This document shows positions 6,744 through 16,005 of a stretch of DNA of 42,446 nt, piece by piece. Location: IMG/VR virus record IMGVR_UViG_3300037309_000033, positions 1 through 42,446 of that record. One strand, given 5' to 3'. How positions within the stretch are numbered: position 1 is the stretch's first letter; each line of letters starts with the position of its first letter. Source of the stretch: a virus. Its lineage: Duplodnaviria; Caudoviricetes. Position numbers and translations under genes: made by a program. The notes under the pieces are model-generated. The model ran no database searches and was not told the DNA's origin. It was given only the letters and a program-made list of their open reading frames with translations.

Positions 6744-8323
6744 GCCGCTCTGATCGGGTTATTCAGTTCTGCGAGCTGCTGACCGTTCCTGACGGCAGGG
6801 ACGTCGGCAAGCCTCTACGCTTGCGCAATTGGCAAAAGAACATCATCCGCGGGATTTACGATCCGGTGACGGACGATGGTAAGCGGCTCGTGCGTAACGT
6901 GCTGATCAGCATGGGGCGCAAAAACGGCAAGACGTCGCTTATCGCCGCTCTGGTGCTCGCGCATCTGGTCGGGCCGGAATCGGGCCAGCGGCAACAGATC
7001 TACAGCGCCGCCAACGACAAAGAGCAGGCCGCGGTGATCTACCGGGCTTGCGAGGCCATGGTGCTGGCGGATCCGGATCTGTTGGCGCTGATCACTTGCG
7101 TGCCTTCGACGAAGCGCCTTGTGTGCGTGTGGAACGGATCGTTCTACAAGGCGCTGTCGGCAGACGCCAAAACCAAGCACGGCCTGAACCCGGCCGTCTG
7201 GATCTACGACGAGCTAGCGCAAGCTGCGAAGCGGGATCTGTACGACACCCTGGTGTCGAGCCAGGGCGCGCAAGATGAGCCGCTCGGCATCGTCATTTCG
7301 ACGCAGGCTCGGGATCCGCGCTCGCTCATGAGCGAGCTGGTCGAAGACGCGCGCAAAGTCATCAACGGCCAGGTTGAGGATCCGACGCTGGCGGCCTTCT
7401 TGTTCGAGGTTCCGAAGGACGCCGACCCGTTCGACGAGAGCTTGTGGCCGCTCGCCAATCCGGCGCTGGGCGACTTTCTCAGCCTAACGGACATGCGGGC
7501 TGCGGCGGAAAAGGCTAAGCGCCTGCCCTCGCAGCAGTCCATGTTCCGCAATCTGCGGCTCAACCAACAGGTCGACGGAGTCGATCACATCATCGGCGCC
7601 CAGGAGTGGCTTGCGTGCGGTGCGGCCGTGAATCGTGAAGCCTTGGCTGGTCGCCCCTGCTTCGGCGGCCTGGACTTGTCGGCCAAGCGCGACTTAACCG
7701 CGCTGGTGCTCGCCTTTCCAGGCGACGACGGCGTGCTGAGCATCATGACGTGGTGCTGGACGCCGGCGCATGATCTTGGCGAACGCGCCCAGCGCGATCG
7801 AGCGCCCTACGATGTCTGGGTGCGCGACGGCCATCTGATCGCGGTGCCCGGTAAGGCGGTCGACTACGGCTACGTCGCCCAGGAGATCGGGCGCCTTGCG
7901 GCAGAGTTCGACATCAAGGCCATCGCCTACGACGACTGGAATATGCACCACATGGTGCGGGCGATGAATGAACACGGCGTGCGCCACTACGTCGACGGCC
8001 AGGACGAGGCTGAGGCGGGCGCAATTCGATTCCTGCGCTGGCGGCAGGGCTTCAAGACCATGAGCCCGGCGCTGGAGCAGACCGAGCTGGCGGTCGTGGA
8101 GGGCCGCGTCGCTCATGCCGGGCATCCGGTGTTGACCTGGGCCGCGTCCAACGCGGTGGCCGTCGCCGACGCTGCGGGCAACCGCAAGATTGCAAAGGAC
8201 AAAGCGCGCTCGCGCATCGACCCATTCGTCGCAATGACGATGGCGATCGGTGCGGCCGCGCTTGAGCCGGTCGAGACGCCGGAAGAGGGAAGCATATGGG
8301 ACGAGCTGGCGAAGGGGGGCTGA
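6545..8323 (+). CDS. terL: Terminase large subunit (start uncertain)
   Basis: GRKNGKT Walker A, WIYDE Walker B, GGLDLS nuclease motif, RIDPFVA. Confidence 0.93.
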   Translation: MVDGSAPERRADEGLPNRVRHDARRTRADGDKRAASAGGPTKRRSSKGAGAAGSGGQVSRPGGAGLSRSDRVIQFCELLTVPDGRDVGKPLRLRNWQKNIIRGIYDPVTDDGKRLVRNVLISMGRKNGKTSLIAALVLAHLVGPESGQRQQIYSAANDKEQAAVIYRACEAMVLADPDLLALITCVPSTKRLVCVWNGSFYKALSADAKTKHGLNPAVWIYDELAQAAKRDLYDTLVSSQGAQDEPLGIVISTQARDPRSLMSELVEDARKVINGQVEDPTLAAFLFEVPKDADPFDESLWPLANPALGDFLSLTDMRAAAEKAKRLPSQQSMFRNLRLNQQVDGVDHIIGAQEWLACGAAVNREALAGRPCFGGLDLSAKRDLTALVLAFPGDDGVLSIMTWCWTPAHDLGERAQRDRAPYDVWVRDGHLIAVPGKAVDYGYVAQEIGRLAAEFDIKAIAYDDWNMHHMVRAMNEHGVRHYVDGQDEAEAGAIRFLRWRQGFKTMSPALEQTELAVVEGRVAHAGHPVLTWAASNAVAVADAAGNRKIAKDKARSRIDPFVAMTMAIGAAALEPVETPEEGSIWDELAKGG

Positions 8324-9543
8324 CGGCGCAACGCCTCTGGGCGCGCCTCACCACCCCGCTCAAGCTCGGCCAGCGGGCCATGGTGCCCATGGGGAACGTG
8401 CGGCTGGTATCGAGCCTCAACGACCCCGCGGACACGCTCAAGATCGCCACGGTCTATCGGTGCGTAACGCTGATCTCGCAGTCGATCGCCATGCTGCCGT
8501 GGGGAGTTTACAAGCGCTCGGACAACGATGTGGGAGAGCGTGCGCGGCAGAGCCCGGTCGAGTGGCTGTTGCACAGCGAGGCCAGCCCGGAGCTGACCGC
8601 GTACGAGTTTCGGCGGCTGCTGATCACGCACATGCTGCTGTATGGCAATGGCTACGCGGAGATCGAGCGCGACAACAGCAACCGCCCCTTTGCGCTGCAC
8701 CCGATCGATCCGACTCGGGTGACGCCTGGGCGCAACGCGGCCGGCGAGCTTGTTTACGCTGTGCGGCAGGCTGGCGGCGAGGCCATTACTTTGCCCGCGC
8801 GCTCGGTGTTCCATGTCCGTGGCACAAGCCTTGATGGCATCGTCGGCATGTCGATTCTGGACGTCGCCGCGTCGTCTTTGTCAACGTCGGTGGCGCTCGA
8901 TGAATCGCTCTGGCGGTTCTTCCTGACTGGCTTTCGGCCGCTGGGCTTTCTGAAGACCAAGGGCAAGCTCGGCCTTGAGGGATTTAAAGCGCTGGAGCAG
9001 CGCCTCGACGAGTATTCGGGCCTGAACAAGCGGTGGAAAGCGATCCCGCTCGATCAGGACATGGACTTTCAGCCCCTGGCGGTCTCGCCGGAGGACGCGC
9101 AGCTGGTCGACATGCGCAAGTTTTCGGCCATCGAGGTCTGCCGGTGGTTCGGCGTGCCGCCGCACATGGCTTACGATCTCGAGCGCGCCACGTTCTCGAA
9201 CATCGAAAGCCAGGGCCGCGACTTTCTGACTTACGGGCTGATGCCGCACATCACCCAGCTGGAGCAGGAGGCGAACCGCAAGCTGCTGTCGAGCAGCTTC
9301 GGCGGGCTCTACTCCAAGATCAACGTGAACGCGATTGTGCGCGGCGACATGGGCGCCCGCGGCGCGTTCTACCAGCAGATGCGCAACATGGGTGTGGTCT
9401 CGGTCAACGAGATCCGCGCTTGGGAAGACATGCCCACGATCGGCCCGGAGGGCGACGTTCGTGTGATGCAGGCGCAGTACCAATCGACAGGCCAGCAGCA
9501 GCCGCCCGCCGATCCGCCACCGCCCGAAGCGACCGCGCAGTAA
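8296..9543 (+). CDS. HK97-type portal protein
   Basis: VYRCVTLIS, LLYGNGY, RWFGVPPH, ATFSNIE, SVNEIR. Confidence 0.95.
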   Translation: MGRAGEGGLTAQRLWARLTTPLKLGQRAMVPMGNVRLVSSLNDPADTLKIATVYRCVTLISQSIAMLPWGVYKRSDNDVGERARQSPVEWLLHSEASPELTAYEFRRLLITHMLLYGNGYAEIERDNSNRPFALHPIDPTRVTPGRNAAGELVYAVRQAGGEAITLPARSVFHVRGTSLDGIVGMSILDVAASSLSTSVALDESLWRFFLTGFRPLGFLKTKGKLGLEGFKALEQRLDEYSGLNKRWKAIPLDQDMDFQPLAVSPEDAQLVDMRKFSAIEVCRWFGVPPHMAYDLERATFSNIESQGRDFLTYGLMPHITQLEQEANRKLLSSSFGGLYSKINVNAIVRGDMGARGAFYQQMRNMGVVSVNEIRAWEDMPTIGPEGDVRVMQAQYQSTGQQQPPADPPPPEATAQ

Positions 9544-9553
9544 AGGACGCTCC

Positions 9554-10264
9554 ATGTTCCGCGTGCTGAATAAATCCGCTACTCGCGCGGAGATCCTGAT
9601 CTATGGCGACATCGGCCCTGTCTTCTGGGGCGACGAGGTGTCGGCTGCGGATTTCGCGAAGACACTGCGCGACGTCGGCGAGGTGTCTGGCCTGGACGTG
9701 CGGATCAACAGCTACGGCGGCGACGTGTTCGACGGCCTGGCGATCTATCGTCAGCTGGTCGACCACCCTGCCCGCGTCACCATGCACATCGACGGCATCG
9801 CCGCCTCGGCCGCGTCGGTCATCGCCATGGCTGGCGACGTCATCCGCATCGGCGAGAGCGCACGGGTGATGATCCACGACGCCTGGACCATCGGCATCGG
9901 CGACGCTGCCTCCATGCGCGAGACTGCCGACCGCCTTGACGAGACCAGCGAGGCGCTCGCCGGCATTTACGCCAGCCGCACGGGTCGCACCGCGACCGAG
10001 ATGCGCGACGCCATGCGCGCCGAGACTTGGTACACGGGCCAGGAGGCCATCGAAGCGGGCTTGGCGCACGAGCTGGCCAAGAACAAGGGGCCGGATGTCA
10101 AGGCGGCGTTCGGCGAGCGCGTCGTTGCGCTGGACCCTCAGAAGCACCGCTTCAAGCACGCGCCACAGGACTTGCTGCCTGGTCGTCAGACTGCCGCTGC
10201 GCTCGTAGCGCGGCAGCTGGTCGCCCTCAACCTTTCCACCGCAGCCGCGCGCAAGCGCGCCTGA
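9554..10264 (+). CDS. ClpP-like (S14) prohead protease
   Basis: INSYGGDVFDG, DGIAASAASVIAMAG, MIHDAW, ETWYTGQEA. Confidence 0.93.
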   Translation: MFRVLNKSATRAEILIYGDIGPVFWGDEVSAADFAKTLRDVGEVSGLDVRINSYGGDVFDGLAIYRQLVDHPARVTMHIDGIAASAASVIAMAGDVIRIGESARVMIHDAWTIGIGDAASMRETADRLDETSEALAGIYASRTGRTATEMRDAMRAETWYTGQEAIEAGLAHELAKNKGPDVKAAFGERVVALDPQKHRFKHAPQDLLPGRQTAAALVARQLVALNLSTAAARKRA

Positions 10265-10288
10265 TTTTCAGCAGACGGAGTAAAACAC

Positions 10289-11740
10289 ATGGAACGCATT
10301 CAACGGGCGCGGCTGGGCCGTCACCTCCCGTTTGCCGGCCTGTTGGCTGCCGGCGCCTTGGGCCGCATGTTTGCGGATGGCGAGCCCGAGGTCATCAACG
10401 ACGCTAAGATCGACGAGTATCGCGAGCGTCAAGCAACGATTGCCGCCGACTCTCAAGCGCTGCTCGCCAAGCTCGACGCGGAATCGCGCGAGCCCACCGC
10501 CGAAGAGCTGAAGCAGCTCAACGAGAACACTGCCGAGGTCGAGCGCCTGCAGGGGCTAATCCAAGCGCGCTCGGACAGCCTGCGCCAGATCCGCGCTTTG
10601 GCCCGCCCGCAAGGGCGCCAGACCACGCCCGCCGCAGACCCGCAGCCAGCGCCGGCTCTCTCTGCGGCGCGCGATCGCGGCGCGCCAAATCTGCAAGGAC
10701 AGCATGCGCGCACCCGCGGCTTTGGCCACTTCGGCGAGTTCTCGATGGCCGTACTTAACGCTGCGGTCGGTCGCGGCGACGTGGATGTGCGCCTCAAGAA
10801 TGCGGCGGCGACCACGATCGCCACCGAGGCTGTCGGTTCTGACGGCGGCTTCTTGGTGCCGCCCGAGTTCCGCGAGCGCATCCTGGCTCATGTGTTTGAC
10901 GAGAACGACTTGCTCGCTCGCACCGACCAGCAAATCACGTCGCGCAACTCCATTACGTTTCCCGTCGACGAGACCGTCGCCTGGGGGACCAACGGCGTGC
11001 GCGTCTATTGGGAAAGCGAAGCCGCCGCTATCAACCAGAGCCGCCCCACTTTCCGCGAGATGACTCTCAAAACCAACAAGCTCGCTGCGCTTGTTCCGGT
11101 TACGGAGGAATTGCTCGAAGACGCGCCGGGGCTGGGCAACTACCTTGATCGCGTCGCCGGCCGCGGCATGAACTATGCTGTGTCTAACTCCATCCTCGAC
11201 GGCACCGGCGTCGGTCAGCCTCTCGGCATTCTGCGCTCCGGCTCTCTCGTAACCGTGGCGGCGGAAGGCAGCCAGACGGCCGACACCGTCAATGTGCAAA
11301 ACATCGCGAAGATGTGGGTGCGCATGCCGGCACGCAGCCGGGCCAGCGCAATCTGGCTCGCCAACCCGGACGTCGAGGCTCAGCTGATCCTTATGACGCT
11401 GGGCGGCACCGCAGCGGCGTTCCCTGTGTTCATGCCGCCGAACGGCATGTCGCAGTCGCCGTTCAGCACCCTTATGGGCCGGCCGCTTGTCCCGCACATG
11501 GCGTGTAAAGCCATCGGCGATGTCGGCGACTTGGTGTTTGCCGACCTGTCGCAGTACGTCACCGCGGTTAAAACCGGCGGCATGCGCTCGGACGTCTCGA
11601 TGCACCTGTGGTTCGACCAGGACATCGCGGCATTCAAGTTCACCATGCGCGTCGACGGCCGCCCCTGGGCTTCTCAGGCGATCAGCCCGCCCAACGGGTC
11701 TTCGACCCTGTCGCCGTTCGTCGCCCTCGCGGCCCGCTAA
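10289..11740 (+). CDS. HK97-fold major capsid protein with coiled-coil delta domain
   Basis: DGGFLVP, GTGVGQPLGIL, TLMGRP, MRVDG. GGAG RBS. Confidence 0.95.
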   Translation: MERIQRARLGRHLPFAGLLAAGALGRMFADGEPEVINDAKIDEYRERQATIAADSQALLAKLDAESREPTAEELKQLNENTAEVERLQGLIQARSDSLRQIRALARPQGRQTTPAADPQPAPALSAARDRGAPNLQGQHARTRGFGHFGEFSMAVLNAAVGRGDVDVRLKNAAATTIATEAVGSDGGFLVPPEFRERILAHVFDENDLLARTDQQITSRNSITFPVDETVAWGTNGVRVYWESEAAAINQSRPTFREMTLKTNKLAALVPVTEELLEDAPGLGNYLDRVAGRGMNYAVSNSILDGTGVGQPLGILRSGSLVTVAAEGSQTADTVNVQNIAKMWVRMPARSRASAIWLANPDVEAQLILMTLGGTAAAFPVFMPPNGMSQSPFSTLMGRPLVPHMACKAIGDVGDLVFADLSQYVTAVKTGGMRSDVSMHLWFDQDIAAFKFTMRVDGRPWASQAISPPNGSSTLSPFVALAAR

Positions 11741-11799
11741 GGCGACCCCTGAACCCCCGGTCAGCGCTTAATGTCCTCCCGGCGCTGACCCCCTTCGCA

Positions 11800-11836
11800 G
11801 ACGGCGCGACATTGCTGTCGCGCCGTCGCGCTTTTT
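11800..11836 (+). terminator. Putative terminator after the capsid gene
   Basis: GACGGCGCGACA-TTGC-TGTCGCGCCGTC stem followed by GCGCTTTTT. Confidence 0.55.
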
Positions 11837-11855
11837 GAACTTCGGAGACCCGACA

Positions 11856-12353
11856 ATGCGTAGCGCAGACTTTGCCGAGATTCACCAAGTGGTGAACGGT
11901 TTCGGCCCGGTGAACATGGCGACCGCCGCCAATAACGGCGGCTATGTCAGCCTGAAAAACTTCCACCGCCTCACGATCCTTTTCACCAAGGGTGCAGGCA
12001 CCGCGGGCGAAGACCCCGTCATTACGCTGACGCAGGCCACTGCGGTGGATGGCACGGGCGCCAAGGCGCTCAACTTTGAGCGTCTGTGGGTCAAGCAGCA
12101 CGCATCGGCTCTGCCGGCGACGTTCACGCGCACCACCAAGGGCACGGTGAACAACACCTACACCAACGACACCTTGGCGGAAGAGCTGGCCATTATTGCC
12201 ATCGACATCACGCCCGAAATGCTCGACGTGGACGGCGGCTTCGACTGCGTGCAGGCAGCTGTCGCGGATGTCGGCACCAACGCCCAACTCGGGCAGCTGG
12301 TCTACATCCTCGACGGCGCCTACAGCCCGCCCCTCTCGGCCCAGGCCAACTGA
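11856..12353 (+). CDS. Probable capsid decoration / head structural protein
   Basis: Beta-rich, directly after the capsid gene, GGAG RBS. Confidence 0.6.
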   Translation: MRSADFAEIHQVVNGFGPVNMATAANNGGYVSLKNFHRLTILFTKGAGTAGEDPVITLTQATAVDGTGAKALNFERLWVKQHASALPATFTRTTKGTVNNTYTNDTLAEELAIIAIDITPEMLDVDGGFDCVQAAVADVGTNAQLGQLVYILDGAYSPPLSAQAN

Positions 12354-12607
12354 TGAAGGTGCGCTTCCTGCGGGCCGCTGAGTACGCCAGCGGCAACGCG
12401 GACGCCCGGAGCTTCGCTGCGGGCGAGATCGTCGACTTGCGCGACGATCTCGCTTTGCGGTGGATCAACCGCGGCGTGGCGGAGTTGGTGGCGGATGCGC
12501 CAGCGGCTGTCACGGAGGCCACCAAGCCCACCGAGGAAGGTGGCGAGGAATCCACTGCGCCCGCGCGCCCTCAGGCGGGCAGCAGCCGACGCGGGCGCAA
12601 GGACTAA
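12353..12607 (+). CDS. Small head-associated protein
   Basis: MKVRFL...GEIVDL...A.RWINRGVAE pattern common before head-tail connectors. TGATG coupling. Confidence 0.65.
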   Translation: MKVRFLRAAEYASGNADARSFAAGEIVDLRDDLALRWINRGVAELVADAPAAVTEATKPTEEGGEESTAPARPQAGSSRRGRKD

Positions 12608-12610
12608 GCC

Positions 12611-13183
12611 ATGCGCCCGCCAGTCGTGATCGAAGCGGCCGACGCCTTGCCCGTGTCGCTGGAGGCCGCCCGCGCGGCCTGCCGCATCGATCACACCGAC
12701 GACGACGCGGAGCTTGCGGCTAAGATTCGCACCGCGTTCAGCTTCCTGCAGCCGCCGATCGGCTGGCTCGGCCGGTCGGTGTTGCGGCAGACACTCGAGC
12801 TTCGCCTCCCCGCCTTCCCGCGCACCACGATCACGGTGCGCCTGCCGTGCGGGCCGGTGTCTGAAGTCGTGCAGGTCACCTACTTCGACGGCAACAACGC
12901 CGAGCAAACCGTTCCGAACACGTCCTATTTCCTGGAGCAGGACGAGCTCGTCTGGGACGAGCGCTTCAACATCCCGACCACCTATGTGCGACCGGGCGCT
13001 GTTCGCATCCGCTACCGCGCTGGCTATGCGACGCCTGCCGACATCCCGCCCGCGATCAGTGAGGCCATCCTGCAGATGGTGGCGCATTGGTACGAGAACC
13101 GCGAAGCTGTCGCCACAGTCGGCGTCGGCTCCATGATGCCGCTGCAGGCGATAGACCTGCTGCATCCGTATCGGATCTGGTGA
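12611..13183 (+). CDS. Head-tail connector (HK97 gp6-like)
   Basis: PVSLEAARAACRID...AGY...PPAISEAILQMVAHWYENREA. Confidence 0.9.
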   Translation: MRPPVVIEAADALPVSLEAARAACRIDHTDDDAELAAKIRTAFSFLQPPIGWLGRSVLRQTLELRLPAFPRTTITVRLPCGPVSEVVQVTYFDGNNAEQTVPNTSYFLEQDELVWDERFNIPTTYVRPGAVRIRYRAGYATPADIPPAISEAILQMVAHWYENREAVATVGVGSMMPLQAIDLLHPYRIW

Positions 13184-13629
13184 TGCTGAAGCGGATCGGA
13201 GATCTGCGCGAGCGCGTCCATATCGAGCGACGCGCGTTGCTGACGGCCACCGGCGAATTCTTGCGCTGGTTTGAGGCCGAGGCGACCTGGGACGCCACGG
13301 AAACGACTTGGGAAGAAACCGCGGTCACGGTCGCCGGCGACGGCGCCGGCAATTTTCGCCAAGGCTGGGCGAGGCTCTTGAACAACCGCGCGGCCGGGAT
13401 CGCTCCGCGCCGCGGCGGCGAGCAGGTCATCGCTGAGCGACTGACCGGCGTCGACGCCTACGATATCTGGCTGCGCCTCGATGCTCAGTCATCGGACATT
13501 CGACCCAGCGACCGCGTCGTCGACGCGCGTGACCCGTCGCGGAGCTACAATGTCCGCTTTGTCGGCAACCTCGATGCCCGCAAACGATTCGTGCTGCTGC
13601 AATGCAGCCTTGGGGATGTGGAGGGGTGA
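13183..13629 (+). CDS. Head closure / head-tail adaptor (SPP1 gp16-like) with an acidic Trp-repeat insertion
   Basis: IGDLRERVHIE...DGAGN...W...I.P.DR...YNV pattern plus extra WFEAEATWDATETTWEET. Confidence 0.8.
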   Translation: MLKRIGDLRERVHIERRALLTATGEFLRWFEAEATWDATETTWEETAVTVAGDGAGNFRQGWARLLNNRAAGIAPRRGGEQVIAERLTGVDAYDIWLRLDAQSSDIRPSDRVVDARDPSRSYNVRFVGNLDARKRFVLLQCSLGDVEG

Positions 13630-13634
13630 GACAC

Positions 13635-13868
13635 GTGGACTGGCAGACTGGATTTGACGTGATGCTCAGCATCGCCGCAGCTGCGTTGGGGTACATGATG
13701 CGCAAGATCGACGAGCGCACCGAGGCGCTCCAACGGGACTTGGCCGCGCACAAAGTGGACGTCGCTAAGAGCTACGTCACACGGTCTGAGGTAACCGAAG
13801 GGTTTGAGAAGATCTACGATAAGCTCGATCGCCTGATTGAGCGCCTCGACAAGAAAGCCGACCGCTGA
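13635..13868 (+). CDS. Single-TM coiled-coil protein (holin/antiholin-like)
   Basis: N-terminal hydrophobic helix, then YVTRSEV...KLDRL. GTG start after GAGGGG. Confidence 0.55.
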   Translation: MDWQTGFDVMLSIAAAALGYMMRKIDERTEALQRDLAAHKVDVAKSYVTRSEVTEGFEKIYDKLDRLIERLDKKADR

Positions 13869-14041
13869 TGTGGGTGCGCTTCCAGAGGGCTTTTGACTGG
13901 ACGCCTCCTGAAAAGCGTTTGGTGACGATGAGCTACCCCGCGGGCCACATCGCCAATGTGCCGCGCGACTGCGCCGAAAAGGCCATTGCGGCCGGCGCCG
14001 CTGTGCGCACTGTTGCGCCGCCGAAAGAGCAAAGATCATGA
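13868..14041 (+). CDS. Small conserved protein, 57 aa (not in the ORF track)
   Basis: MWVRFQRAFDWTPPEKRLVTMSYPAGHIANVPRDCAEKAIAAGAAV. Coupled at both ends (TGATG and ATGA). Confidence 0.7.
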   Translation: MWVRFQRAFDWTPPEKRLVTMSYPAGHIANVPRDCAEKAIAAGAAVRTVAPPKEQRS

Positions 14042-14496
14042 CCCAATGGCGCCCAGGAGACCGCGCCCGTTTGCGTCGTAGGCTGATGAAATTTCCTGAA
14101 GGCGTTAAAAGCGAGGTTTCAAGCGCCTTCGAGCTGAACGCCAAACAGCTCGTCGCCATGCAGAAGCGCTTGGTTGCCGTCGATGACGGCGATCTGAAGC
14201 GGTCGATTCAGTGGCGCCGCGGCACGGCAGGAAAAGTCCGGTATGCGATGGGATCGGCTCCAGCGAGCGATCTCGCGGTGGTGGTCAGCGCCGGCGACAC
14301 CAATGTGCGCTACGCCCATATCGTAGAGTTTGGTGCTGCTCCGCATATTGCAGGCGGCATCTTCAAAGGCGCACAACATCCGGGTGCGCCAGCACAGCCC
14401 TTTTTTTTCCCAGCCTATCGCGCCCTGCGTCGCCGATTTCGCAACCGCAATCGGCGAGCGATGAAGAAGGCGATCGAGAAGTCTGCGGGCGGATAG
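14038..14496 (+). CDS. HK97 gp10-family neck/tail protein
   Basis: VDDGDLKRSI, YAHIVEFG, AQPFFFPA. Confidence 0.9.
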   Translation: MTQWRPGDRARLRRRLMKFPEGVKSEVSSAFELNAKQLVAMQKRLVAVDDGDLKRSIQWRRGTAGKVRYAMGSAPASDLAVVVSAGDTNVRYAHIVEFGAAPHIAGGIFKGAQHPGAPAQPFFFPAYRALRRRFRNRNRRAMKKAIEKSAGG

Positions 14497-14518
14497 TCCG
14501 TTTACTGAGGAGCATCTC

Positions 14519-15001
14519 ATGTTGTCTATTCTTCCTGTTGCTGTCGCGCTTGCGGCGGTGCTGATGCCGTCTCTCGCGTTCGCTCAAGAGACGGGCGGCG
14601 TCGTCATCCCTGTCGGCGATTGGGCGCAAGCTTTATTGCTCACAATGTTGTCGGTCGTAACGCCCGCCGTAGCCTGGGCGCTGCGCGGCCTTCCAAAGCA
14701 TGTGCGCTGGATCCTGGCGGCTGCTCGCATCGAGCAGCTGTTGACCAACGCGCTTCAGGACGCAATCAACCGCACGGCTGGAGCTGTCGCGGGCAAAACC
14801 TACACCCTCGACACCGGCATTGATCTGGCGAACAAGGCGCTCGCCTACGCGGTCACGCATGCGCCGACCCTGGTGCGCGAGTTCGGCCTCGACGACCTGT
14901 GGGGCAAGATCCTGGCGCGCATTCCGTTCGACGAGGACGTCGCGGTTCCGGCTGACGTCCAGCCGCGCGCTCGCTCGCTGCTAGCTCGCGCCGCAAAGTA
15001 A
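14519..15001 (+). CDS. Membrane protein with signal peptide (holin-like)
   Basis: Sec-type signal (SLAFA|QE), a second hydrophobic helix and a helical tail. GAGGAG RBS. Confidence 0.55.
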   Translation: MLSILPVAVALAAVLMPSLAFAQETGGVVIPVGDWAQALLLTMLSVVTPAVAWALRGLPKHVRWILAAARIEQLLTNALQDAINRTAGAVAGKTYTLDTGIDLANKALAYAVTHAPTLVREFGLDDLWGKILARIPFDEDVAVPADVQPRARSLLARAAK

Positions 15002-15040
15002 CACCTCACCCCGCCAACACTCCGAAGAAGGACGATCACC

Positions 15041-15541
15041 ATGCCCGTCTCTGCTGAAGTCTCCGCGCAAATCAGCGTCACCCAGACCGCGACGCCAGAT
15101 GGCGGTTCGGCCACCGCGAAGCAGTCGGCAGGGCCAGGCGTGGTGCTGGTCGCTAATGGCACCCTGAACGGTCAGGCCGATTTGGCGTTTGTCGACGAGC
15201 GGACGCTGGCGTCTGGCGCCAACGAAGAGTTGGACCTTGCCGGCGTTCTGACTTCTGTGTTTGGCGCAACCCTGACCTTTGTCGAGGTGATGTCCATCAT
15301 GGTCTACGCGCTTCCGGCCAACACCACGAACCTCACTGTTGGCGGCGCTGCCTCAAATGCTTTTCAAGGCTGGTTTGGCGATGCAGCGGATACGGAGGTT
15401 ATTGCGCCAGGCGGCGTTGCCCTACACCACCGCGCTTCAGGCTGGGGCGTGACAGCTGGCACGGGCGATAAGTTGAAAATTGCCAATGCCTCTGGCGCGT
15501 CAGCGACTTATCAGATCGCCATTTTGGGCCGCAGCGCTTAA
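15041..15541 (+). CDS. Probable virion structural protein
   Basis: Ala/Gly/Thr-rich beta protein inside the head-tail cluster. Confidence 0.6.
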   Translation: MPVSAEVSAQISVTQTATPDGGSATAKQSAGPGVVLVANGTLNGQADLAFVDERTLASGANEELDLAGVLTSVFGATLTFVEVMSIMVYALPANTTNLTVGGAASNAFQGWFGDAADTEVIAPGGVALHHRASGWGVTAGTGDKLKIANASGASATYQIAILGRSA

Positions 15542-15546
15542 TCGCC

Positions 15547-15990
15547 ATGGAGGTAGCGGAGGCGCTGCAGCGGGCGTTGTTCGCCAAGCTGACGGCTGAC
15601 GATGGGATGCGCGCCGCGTTCGGCGGCGATGCGCCTCGGGTCTACGACGCCGTGCCGCCTCCCCTCCCCAGCGAGACCGACGCGGCCTACCAGCGCCGCC
15701 TGCGTTTTCCTTACGTGACCATCGGCGATGACGAAATCATCGACGATTCCACCAGCTGCGCCACAGCCTACGAGGCGGCCGTGACGGTGCATATCTGGTC
15801 GCGCACTGTCGGCCGTATCGAAGCGAAGCGCATCGCTGGTGCGGTGCGCGACGCGCTCGACGCTGCCCTCCTGCTCGACGGTCATGTCGTGACCGAACAC
15901 GCCCACCGCTCGACCCGCTTTGTGCGGGATCCGGACGGAGTGACGACGCATGCCGTCGTTGAGCTCCGGTATCTCATCGACCCTCAGTAG
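15547..15990 (+). CDS. Tail completion protein (DUF3168)
   Basis: LQRALFAKL, RVYDAVP, FPYVTIGD, VHIWSR, RDPDGVTTHAVV. Confidence 0.9.
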   Translation: MEVAEALQRALFAKLTADDGMRAAFGGDAPRVYDAVPPPLPSETDAAYQRRLRFPYVTIGDDEIIDDSTSCATAYEAAVTVHIWSRTVGRIEAKRIAGAVRDALDAALLLDGHVVTEHAHRSTRFVRDPDGVTTHAVVELRYLIDPQ

Positions 15991-16005
15991 ACGGAGTATA
16001 AAACC

